Shown piece by piece: positions 35,624-42,493 of a DNA stretch of 64,000 nt; within the stretch, counting starts at the first letter, position 1, and the number at the start of each line of letters is the position of its first letter. The stretch covers positions 1 through 64,000 of IMG/VR virus record IMGVR_UViG_3300048908_000112; one strand, 5' to 3'. Both the position numbers and the translations under genes were made by a program. The notes under the pieces are model-generated. The model did no database searches. It had not been told where the DNA came from and saw only the letters and a list, made by a program, of their open reading frames with translations. This DNA comes from a virus.

Positions 35624-35679
35624 GCGCAATTGCGCTACCTCTGAGGCGGATATTAGACCCGTAGGGGCTAACTCGTCAA
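35624..35679 (-). promoter_or_regulatory. Promoter plus palindromic operator of the conversion island
   Basis: Minus strand TTGACG (35679-35674), 18-nt spacer, TAATAT (35655-35650), followed by the perfect palindrome GCGCAATTGCGC (35624-35635). Confidence 0.55.
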
Positions 35680-35701
35680 GCATAAATTTAATGACCAACT
35701 A

Positions 35702-35727
35702 GCCCGCCACGCGCGGGCGTTTCTTTT
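35702..35727 (+). terminator. Intrinsic terminator immediately upstream of the holin gene
   Basis: GCCCGC-cacgc-GCGGGC then GTTTCTTTT. Confidence 0.6.
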
Positions 35728-35797
35728 CCGGGGCACTCCTTTGAACCATCCACATCCGCACAGCCGCGATCCCGCGATCGCCGCCCTGGAGCAACGC

Positions 35798-36046
35798 ATG
35801 TCAACCCTTGAGCAGCAGGTAGGCGATTGGCGAACTGAGTTATCGGCCAACACAGACGCGACTTTACGAGTCGAGTCGAACACGAAAGAGTTGGTCGAGT
35901 TGCTCAAGCTCGCCAAGGGCGGTATCGGGTTCTTCACCGCGACGGGTCGAATTCTGCGGAAGCTGGTTGTGTGGTTCGGGCCGTTCATCGCGTTCGCGTC
36001 CGCAGTCTGGGCGCTATCTCACGGCAAGTGGCCCGGTCAAGGATAG
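35798..36046 (+). CDS. Putative holin
   Basis: ATG after a GGAG SD. C-terminal hydrophobic segments GGIGFFTATG and LVVWFGPFIAFASAVWAL. Lies directly upstream of the endolysin. The track start is TTG 35741. Confidence 0.5.
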   Translation: MSTLEQQVGDWRTELSANTDATLRVESNTKELVELLKLAKGGIGFFTATGRILRKLVVWFGPFIAFASAVWALSHGKWPGQG

Positions 36047-36059
36047 AAGGGAGTGAGCC

Positions 36060-36674
36060 ATGCAGTTGAACTCGAACATCGTTGCGGCAGGATGCGGGTC
36101 TTCGATTTTGAGGGCTGCGCAATGGGTCGCCCCGCTCCAAGCCACGTGCGACAAGTACCACATCAACACGCCCCTCCGCATCGCTGCATTCCTCGCGACG
36201 ATCGGCGTCGAATCCGCCCGCCTAACCGCCGTCGTCGAGAACCTGAACTACAGCGCGGAAGGTCTGCTATCGACCTTCCCGAAGTACTTCAACGCCGTCG
36301 AAGCTGCGCAGTACGAACGCCAGCCGCAACGCATCGCGAATCGGGTCTATGCGAACCGGTATGGCAACGGGAACGAGGCAAGCGGTGACGGCTGGAAGTA
36401 TCGCGGGCGCTCGCTGATCTGCGTCACCTTTCGCGACAACTACGCCTCATGCGGCAAGGCGATTTCGCTGCCTCTCGACTCACATCCGGAGTTGCTTGAA
36501 CAGCCGTGCAATGCGGCGCTTGCTGCGGGCTGGTTCTGGGATGCACACAACCTGAATCCGCTGGCCGATGCCGGGAAGTTTGAGGGCATCACCCGCGCGA
36601 TCAATGGTGGATTGAACGGCTACTCCGAACGCCTCGCTTTGTATGCCGCAGCAAAGAAAGCCTTAGCTGTTTGA
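36060..36674 (+). CDS. Endolysin, glycoside hydrolase family 19 (chitinase-like)
   Basis: RIAAFLATIGVESARL...ENLNYS...ANRVYANRYGNGNEASGDGWKYRGR...INGGLNGYSERL. Confidence 0.9.
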   Translation: MQLNSNIVAAGCGSSILRAAQWVAPLQATCDKYHINTPLRIAAFLATIGVESARLTAVVENLNYSAEGLLSTFPKYFNAVEAAQYERQPQRIANRVYANRYGNGNEASGDGWKYRGRSLICVTFRDNYASCGKAISLPLDSHPELLEQPCNAALAAGWFWDAHNLNPLADAGKFEGITRAINGGLNGYSERLALYAAAKKALAV

Positions 36675-36782
36675 AGCGTAAGCACTGGTTTACCTCTCAC
36701 ACACATAAAACGCCGACAACGCATCGGCTATCCAAACACGCCCGTAGGCCGGACGGGCCATTAAACCTTAGCAAGGAATTAC

Positions 36783-37196
36783 ATGGCCTCAAATTTGAAA
36801 TACAGCGCATCGCTGAAGAACGCTCAACAGGATGCGATAACAACGAAACTCGGCGCCAGTGCCGTGCTCAACATCTACAGCGGCACGCAACCGGCAAGTC
36901 CCGATACGGCTATCACGTCGCAAGTCCTGCTCGCGGCGCTTACGTGTAACGCCACGTTTGCCCCCGCCTCGTCGGGTGGCGTCCTCACGCTGAACAGCAT
37001 TTCGAATGGAACCGGAACGGCTGGCGCCGCAGGCGGGACGACTGCGACATGGTATCGACTGACGACCTCCGGTGCCGTTGCGCATATCGACGGCACGGTT
37101 GGCATTTCGGGCGCCGACCTGAATCTGACGAACACCAGCATCGCGCAAAATCAGACGGTTTCTGTCACGTCCTTTACGTTGACCAACTCGAACTGA
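36783..37196 (+). CDS. Hypothetical beta-rich protein (137 aa)
   Basis: S/T/G/A/N-rich sequence of structural type. Clean ORF. Confidence 0.6.
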   Translation: MASNLKYSASLKNAQQDAITTKLGASAVLNIYSGTQPASPDTAITSQVLLAALTCNATFAPASSGGVLTLNSISNGTGTAGAAGGTTATWYRLTTSGAVAHIDGTVGISGADLNLTNTSIAQNQTVSVTSFTLTNSN

Positions 37197-37208
37197 TGAG
37201 GTCCGCAC

Positions 37209-38603
37209 GTGGCCTCTCTAACCGCCTCATCGCTACATCAGGATAGCGGGACATTTTCGCTGGTCGGCGCTGACTGGGCTGTCGCAAATAGTTCGTGGAC
37301 GCTCACCCGCAAAGCATCTGGTGGCTCGACCATCTCGCTGACCAACATCGGCACCGCAGTTCAGCACACGGCGCCGGCTGGATCGGGAAACTTCGTCCTC
37401 AACTACACGGACGGCCCAAGCGGTGCGGGAAGCGCAACCGGCATCGTCTACGTTACTGCGTCGACGTTCGCGACTGGCAACGGTATCCAGATCACGCTGC
37501 CAGCGGACACCAGCGTCCGCACAGCAACGATTTACTGGGGCGAGAGCGGCACCACTGGCAGGCTGAATGCAACTCTGTCGGACGGCAGCGCATCGGCAGC
37601 CACGCATACAGTTGCGGCTGCGACGGACGCCCAGAATTTCGGGTTCATCTCGACGATCCAATGGCAAGCGGGATCGGCCAGTCAAACACTGACGGTCAAG
37701 CTCACCACCGATGCGACCGTTGATGGTCAGGACGAGATAGCGTTCCAGGGTGTCGCGTGGAACTTTCTCATCACAGGAACCGGCGCGTCAACGCAAGCAG
37801 CCAATACCTCGTCAGCATCGGGTGCCGTTGGTATTTCAGGTAGTGGCGCAAGCACGCAGGCAAAGAACACGAGCGCGGCATCTGGTGCCGCGATCGTTGG
37901 CGCGGTTGGCTCGTCGACTCAGGCGGCTAACACGGCAGCGGCTTCGGGCCTTGTGCTGATTTCCGGGTCGGGCGCCTCAACGCAGCAGAAGAACGCCAGC
38001 GCTGCGAGCGGATCGGCCAGTATCACGGGCACCGCGGCAAGCACGCAAGCGAAGAACGTCTCGAGCGCTTCCGGTTCCATCGGCAATGTATCGCAAGGAA
38101 GCGGCGCGAGCACGCAGGCGGCTAACGTTTCGGCTGCATCTGGCGGCGTCGTAGTTGCTGGATCGTCCGCGGTGACGCAGGGCAAGAACACTGCCGCGGC
38201 ATCGGGCGTGTCCGTCGTCTCCGGTAGTGCATCGTCAAGCCAGTCTGCCAACGTCTCCGCAGCATCGGGAAGCGTTGGCTTTGCGGCCATTTCAGGTGCG
38301 GGCGCATCGTCACAGAGCCGCAATGTATCGCTGTCGATTGGCGCCGTTGCCGTCTCCGGTTCGTCGGCTTCGGTGCAAGCGGCCAATAGCGATTCCGCTG
38401 CCGGAATCGTTTCGGTGTCGGGCTCCGCATCATCGGCCCAGCAATCGAACGTGAGCACTGGCACAGGTCACATAGGAGCCGCCATCACCGCCCCGCCCGT
38501 CACCTTCCCTGTCTACGGTGAGCGACGAGTTTTCAGCGTTCCATCTGAGAGCCGATTCTCAACTGTGCCCGCCGAAAGGCGAATCGTAAAAGTCGCAGCA
38601 TGA
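37209..38603 (+). CDS. Repeat protein: N-terminal beta-sandwich-like domain plus 11 tandem ~21-aa GSGASTQAxNxSAASG repeats
   Basis: The repeats are visible directly in translation. GTG start. Confidence 0.7.
   Translation: MASLTASSLHQDSGTFSLVGADWAVANSSWTLTRKASGGSTISLTNIGTAVQHTAPAGSGNFVLNYTDGPSGAGSATGIVYVTASTFATGNGIQITLPADTSVRTATIYWGESGTTGRLNATLSDGSASAATHTVAAATDAQNFGFISTIQWQAGSASQTLTVKLTTDATVDGQDEIAFQGVAWNFLITGTGASTQAANTSSASGAVGISGSGASTQAKNTSAASGAAIVGAVGSSTQAANTAAASGLVLISGSGASTQQKNASAASGSASITGTAASTQAKNVSSASGSIGNVSQGSGASTQAANVSAASGGVVVAGSSAVTQGKNTAAASGVSVVSGSASSSQSANVSAASGSVGFAAISGAGASSQSRNVSLSIGAVAVSGSSASVQAANSDSAAGIVSVSGSASSAQQSNVSTGTGHIGAAITAPPVTFPVYGERRVFSVPSESRFSTVPAERRIVKVAA
37773..38489 (+). 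repeat. In-frame tandem repeat array (~11 units of 57-72 bp)
   Basis: Recurrent ggcgc(g/c)tc(a/g)acgca(a/g)gc(a/g)(g/a)ccaa(t/c)ac... units encode GSGASTQA(A/K)N(T/V)S(A/S)ASG. Confidence 0.8.
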
Positions 38604-38604
38604 G

Positions 38605-38630
38605 CCCCGCCGAGTGCGGGGTTTTCTTTT
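38605..38630 (+). terminator. Intrinsic terminator/attenuator
   Basis: CCCCGC-cgagt-GCGGGG then TTTTCTTTT. Confidence 0.65.
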
Positions 38631-38639
38631 GGAGCGCCT

Positions 38640-38972
38640 ATGGCAGTTCCCGTAATCACGCCGACGATTGAGAAGCGGGCCGCCGCCGTTCTCGACTACG
38701 GCTTCGATCTCAGCTCACAACCCAATCAGATTTATCAGCCTTGGCTGGCTCCCGGCGAGCAAGTTGTGTCGCTCACCGTCAGTGCTGATTCCGGGCTGAC
38801 AGTTTCTTCGTCAAGCATCAGCACGAACGCAAGCGGCGTCGCTGGCGCGCTGCTTATCGCCTGGCTGTCTGGCGGCGTCGCCGGAACCAGCTATGCAGTG
38901 AGATACCAGTTCACAACCAATTCGACTCCGCCGCGCACCGATGTTCGTACGCTGCAGATTCAATGCGTATAG
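38640..38972 (+). CDS. Hypothetical phage protein (110 aa)
   Basis: EKRAAAVLDYGFDLS...WLAPGEQVVSLTV...AWLSGGVAGTSYAVRYQFTT. The pattern recalls small Ig-like virion proteins, but I cannot name the family. Confidence 0.6.
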   Translation: MAVPVITPTIEKRAAAVLDYGFDLSSQPNQIYQPWLAPGEQVVSLTVSADSGLTVSSSSISTNASGVAGALLIAWLSGGVAGTSYAVRYQFTTNSTPPRTDVRTLQIQCV

Positions 38973-38979
38973 GCAAACC

Positions 38980-39432
38980 ATGACGCAATCACCGCAAGTG
39001 CCGCATGAGCACTTCCAGCACGAGTCAATCGAGATCGCGGTGTATTACCCCGATCACCCGCCCCGCACCGAATCCGCGCTGTTCCGCAAGACCAAGCATC
39101 ACCTTGTCGCGGTTCTCGATACACCGTGCTGGGTCTGTGGCTCGAAGGAGTCGCGCGAGGTGCATCACTTCCACGCGGAATGGGCCGACGCAGACGGGAT
39201 CGACTGGGACAAGATGCGCGCGCTGCATCCGAACTTCCCTTGGTCGACGTTCTCGGAAGCATCCGACTTCATCGACTCCGAATACAACATGCTCGTTCTG
39301 TGCGAGCGTCACCACCGCGGCAAGAATCACGGCATCCATCTATTGCCGTATCCAATCTGGATCATGCAGCGCAATCAACGCGCTGATTTCATTTTCTCGC
39401 CCGACGAGATTCCAACCAAGGAGCAATCATGA
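38980..39432 (+). CDS. HNH-like nuclease (150 aa)
   Basis: CWVCGSKESREVHHFHAEW...NMLVLCERHHRGKNHGIH gives a CxxC...HH...CxxHH metal-finger arrangement. Confidence 0.6.
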   Translation: MTQSPQVPHEHFQHESIEIAVYYPDHPPRTESALFRKTKHHLVAVLDTPCWVCGSKESREVHHFHAEWADADGIDWDKMRALHPNFPWSTFSEASDFIDSEYNMLVLCERHHRGKNHGIHLLPYPIWIMQRNQRADFIFSPDEIPTKEQS

Positions 39433-39626
39433 CCTTTGGCAACCTATCGCCCAACACGCAAAAGATGCTCATCGGCGCAGTGCTGTTCGGCGCTTGGGCC
39501 TATCTGGTGTACACCGGCAAAACCGATGCGTCGTCGTTTGTCGACTACATCAAAGACGGCCTGATTGGGCTCGGTCTGTACCACACGCTGAAGCCGACAC
39601 AGCCCCCTGCGCCTCCCGCAGCATGA
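39429..39626 (+). CDS. Small membrane protein (65 aa)
   Basis: MLIGAVLFGAWAYLVY helix. ATGA couplings on both sides. Confidence 0.5.
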   Translation: MTFGNLSPNTQKMLIGAVLFGAWAYLVYTGKTDASSFVDYIKDGLIGLGLYHTLKPTQPPAPPAA

Positions 39627-39739
39627 TCCGCCTAACCCTCATCGCCGCCCTGCTTCTCTCCGGCTGCGTCTCTGTCTGCACTGGTAGTGCTAGTTCGATG
39701 AACTGTCGCGTTGTGCCGGTTCATTTCTACACCGATTAA
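39623..39739 (+). CDS. Small lipoprotein (38 aa), o-spanin-like at best
   Basis: MIRLTLIAALLLSGC lipobox. Below the ORF-track cutoff. Confidence 0.4.
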   Translation: MIRLTLIAALLLSGCVSVCTGSASSMNCRVVPVHFYTD

Positions 39740-39795
39740 ACCTCCGGACCTATCTCAAAGGTCCAGACCTCCCGCATCAAACCTCTGGAGTTCCC

Positions 39796-40203
39796 ATGTT
39801 CAAGAAACTAGTCGTTGTCTTGGCGGGCATAGTCGCGCTCGCTGCCTGCAACTCCCTTCCGACCGTTCAGCAGCAGTTCCAGACGGGCTGCACGATCGTG
39901 AATGGCGACCTCGCGATCATCGCCACTTCGCCCTTGCTAAACGCAGATCAGCAAGCCACGATCACAAAAACGATCCTTCCCGCCAATCAGGCAATCTGCA
40001 AGGCAGGCGCAACGCTGAATGTCGCCGACCTCAAGGCGTTCCATGATTCGCTGTTGCCGGCTGCAGTTGCAATCGTTCAAGGCGTTCCGGCGCTTCCGAA
40101 TCAGGCGGCTATCCTGCTTGGCTTGCAGACGTTCGGACCGATGGTTCAGGCGATCATCGATCAGGTCATCACGGCTTCGGCTCCGGTTGCAGCGAGTCAA
40201 TAA
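39796..40203 (+). CDS. Lipoprotein (135 aa)
   Basis: MFKKLVVVLAGIVALAAC signal peptide with lipobox. Confidence 0.7.
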   Translation: MFKKLVVVLAGIVALAACNSLPTVQQQFQTGCTIVNGDLAIIATSPLLNADQQATITKTILPANQAICKAGATLNVADLKAFHDSLLPAAVAIVQGVPALPNQAAILLGLQTFGPMVQAIIDQVITASAPVAASQ

Positions 40204-40605
40204 ATGAGCAAGTTCCTCACCGAGCTTCAGGTGGAGAACGCAACCGGTATGGATGATGGCAAGTGGCGCTTGACCGCGCCGCTCGTCTATCAGTCCGATG
40301 TTGCCGGGATGACGTTCACGGCCCCCGCTGGCATGGTCACGGATTTCGCCTCAGTGCCAAGGGCTCCGCTCGCCTACATGCTGTTTGGCGACCGGGCAAG
40401 CGAAGCGTCTGTGATCCATGACTACATCTATGGTTCGCACATCGTGCCGCGAGCCGTGGCCGATCAAGTGCTTCGCGAAGCGTCTGCGGTAACGGGCGTT
40501 TCGTGGTTCGCGCGTAATTCGATGTGGCTCGGGGTGCGGCTGTTCGGCGGCTCGCACTGGAACCCGGAACCGGCTTCGCCCGCTGTAGAGCACGAGCACC
40601 ACTGA
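40204..40605 (+). CDS. DUF1353-like protein
   Basis: W.L...LVYQS......FTAPAGMVTDFASVPR......ASVIHDYIY....PR..AD.V..EA pattern. Confidence 0.7.
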   Translation: MSKFLTELQVENATGMDDGKWRLTAPLVYQSDVAGMTFTAPAGMVTDFASVPRAPLAYMLFGDRASEASVIHDYIYGSHIVPRAVADQVLREASAVTGVSWFARNSMWLGVRLFGGSHWNPEPASPAVEHEHH

Positions 40606-40666
40606 AGCCCGCCGCATAATATCCGCTCAGTATCTGTTCAAAATCCGCCTGGTGAGCAGATACCAA

Positions 40667-40739
40667 AAGTCGGTACTGTTTTACCCATAAGCAGTACCGA
40701 CTTAACAGCCTGTAATGCGTAAAAGTAAAAAACAGGCTG
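40667..40739. terminator. Twin hairpins between convergent operons
   Basis: Perfect 12-bp stem AAGTCGGTACTG(13 nt)CAGTACCGACTT at 40667-40703, then CAGCCTGT(18 nt)ACAGGCTG at 40706-40739. The flanks are A/T-rich. Confidence 0.55.
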
Positions 40740-40840
40740 GAAACGATATTCTGCTTAAAATCAAAGCAAACGCAGCTTAATCGCAATCTATAGCGATCCG
40801 GCCTTGTGCCGCACCCCTCTACTCTCGCCATTGGCGACGA

Positions 40841-41077
40841 TCAATCAGCCGGCGGCATTAACGGCCCAAGCCACAACGCGCCCTTGAACCATGGCGCGCG
40901 CAAATCGATGGTATCGATCTTGCCGAATTGTGCGGCATCCCATCTCGGTTTGTCGGGCCCGTAGAAGCGCGGCCAGCACCGTACAAACACAAGTTCCTGC
41001 TTGGCTTCCTCGCGCTTCACCCAGTACGCGCCCTCCGTATTCGGTTGTTCACTGGTCCAATTTTCCGGTAACCCCAT
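40841..41077 (-). CDS. Hypothetical protein (78 aa)
   Basis: Internal ATG 41077 follows a GGGAGG SD. The upstream part of the track ORF looks non-coding. Confidence 0.5.
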   Translation of the reverse strand: MGLPENWTSEQPNTEGAYWVKREEAKQELVFVRCWPRFYGPDKPRWDAAQFGKIDTIDLRAPWFKGALWLGPLMPPAD

Positions 41078-41114
41078 CCCGCCTCCCGCGCCTAAGCGCA
41101 CGTCAATCCCGATC

Positions 41115-41348
41115 TCACGGACAGCAGCGCGGACTTCCTCCGCACCAGTATTTGTCGCCCCGCTGCTGCATCGATTCAACGATATCTTCGTCGATCTCGC
41201 AATCCTGTTCGCAGCAACAGCAGTTTGTCCAGAGGACGCCTCGCGGACTTTCCCATACCCCATTCGGCAGAGGCTTCTCTGGCGGCCCATGTGGGATATA
41301 CCTCACACGCTGAATGAGGTCTAGCATTCGCGCACGCGCACTATTCAT
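41115..41348 (-). CDS. Hypothetical Cys-rich protein (77 aa)
   Basis: WTNCCCCEQDCEIDED...YWCGGSPRCCP gives 10 Cys in the last 45 residues. Confidence 0.45.
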   Translation of the reverse strand: MNSARARMLDLIQRVRYIPHGPPEKPLPNGVWESPRGVLWTNCCCCEQDCEIDEDIVESMQQRGDKYWCGGSPRCCP

Positions 41349-41380
41349 CACTCTCCCCCGCGCCCTTGAGCGCACATCAA

Positions 41381-41566
41381 TCAGCCAACCGATTCCGGTT
41401 GCGCGTCAATCATCCCCTCAAGCATCTCCCGCACGTCATCGAACCGCACGAACTCGCCGGGTTCTCCGTCTTCGCACGGAACCAGCCAGTTCGATCCGCT
41501 GTAGTCGCCTCGTTCTTCATAGCGCTTCAGGGTGGCCAACAGTGCTTCGACTTGTTCTCGCGTCAT
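41381..41566 (-). CDS. Hypothetical protein (61 aa)
   Basis: MTREQVEALLATLKRYEERGDY... ATGA-coupled. Confidence 0.5.
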   Translation of the reverse strand: MTREQVEALLATLKRYEERGDYSGSNWLVPCEDGEPGEFVRFDDVREMLEGMIDAQPESVG

Positions 41567-41835
41567 ATCTGCCCCGCCAAATCCGGATAGTCCTCGGTAA
41601 AGCAAAACCACCGCAGCCATGCGAGCACCCGTCCGCGATTGGCTTCGTGGAACTCGGCCATTTCCATGTCTTGCATGTAAGCCGCACCATCCCATCCGAC
41701 GCATGGCGACATGATTGGTTGCACATTCTGAAGCATCATCACTGGACCATGCCTGAAATTTCGGTTGATGACTTGCAGCCTGTCGCCGCGATTCCATCCT
41801 GTCGGCAACCATCCCGGTACAAACGATTCGCTCAT
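41563..41835 (-). CDS. Hypothetical protein (90 aa)
   Basis: ATG after a GGGAGA SD. ATGA-coupled on both sides. Confidence 0.5.
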   Translation of the reverse strand: MSESFVPGWLPTGWNRGDRLQVINRNFRHGPVMMLQNVQPIMSPCVGWDGAAYMQDMEMAEFHEANRGRVLAWLRWFCFTEDYPDLAGQI

Positions 41836-42014
41836 CGCGTCTCCCTTGATTGTGTCGCCCAAACCATCGCCAGCTTCGCCCACGCATTGTCTCGCGGGCA
41901 TCCTGTTGTACTGCAGAAGTAATCGAAGTCCTCCAGCGGCGTATGCCCAAGATCGTTCGGGACGATGGGCAGCTCAGCCAGGATAGCTTCAGGGTTTCCG
42001 TATTCGAACGTCAT
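41832..42014 (-). CDS. Hypothetical protein (60 aa)
   Basis: ATG after a GGGAGGGG SD. ATGA-coupled. Confidence 0.5.
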   Translation of the reverse strand: MTFEYGNPEAILAELPIVPNDLGHTPLEDFDYFCSTTGCPRDNAWAKLAMVWATQSRETR

Positions 42015-42262
42015 AATCCCCTCCCACGATAGTCCGGAATCAACGGCTCGCGCTTCATCACTGGTTTGCCTTCGGCGTCCGACCACTCTGCCCTTGGCAT
42101 TGATTTCATCCAGTGATCGCTCGGTTCGTCGATGCCCATGCGGGCGCAGTAGCGCCGAGTCAAGATCACAGCGTAATACTCCGCGTCGGGCCTGCTGAGG
42201 TTCGCCTCGAACTGCAGGATCGCGGCGCGTTCGGCGAAGAATTCGAGGGCGGATTCGGACAT
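42011..42262 (-). CDS. Hypothetical protein (83 aa)
   Basis: First gene of the leftward b-region operon. Confidence 0.55.
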   Translation of the reverse strand: MSESALEFFAERAAILQFEANLSRPDAEYYAVILTRRYCARMGIDEPSDHWMKSMPRAEWSDAEGKPVMKREPLIPDYRGRGL

Positions 42263-42493
42263 ATCTTTGGATCGCGGTGCCTAAAAATTAATCGTCGCTA
42301 ATGGCGCTGTAACCGATTGATTCCATTAGTCGTCGATGTGCGTTTTTATGCGCACCATAACGACCGGATAATCGCCATTTTACCTCTAAATATCAGTCAC
42401 TTAGTATCAATATCCGGCTTTACGCGGGAGGTAATGATCCGCCTTGCTGGATAAGGCTCTCCGCTTATTCGTTGCTGATTCGTCTGGAATTTT
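42263..42493. other. attP-like region (AT-rich spacer next to int)
   Basis: 231-bp ORF-free, AT-rich spacer. Inverted ATCGTCGCTAATGG / CCATTAGTCGTCGAT (42290-42335), related TAATCGCCATT, and small palindrome GTGCG-N7-CGCAC. Confidence 0.5.

Noticed and set aside
37773-38489. Tandem repeats as a possible CRISPR array or DGR template/variable repeat
   Set aside because: The units are contiguous with no spacers, in frame, and encode a repetitive peptide. No cas genes, reverse transcriptase or second near-identical template copy exists in the window.
39005-39739. 244-aa ORF spanning the HNH-like and small membrane genes
   Set aside because: Its Ser/Arg/Thr-rich translation is off-frame to three better-supported genes. 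Only its last 38 codons (39623-39739) form a sensible lipoprotein with its own ATG.
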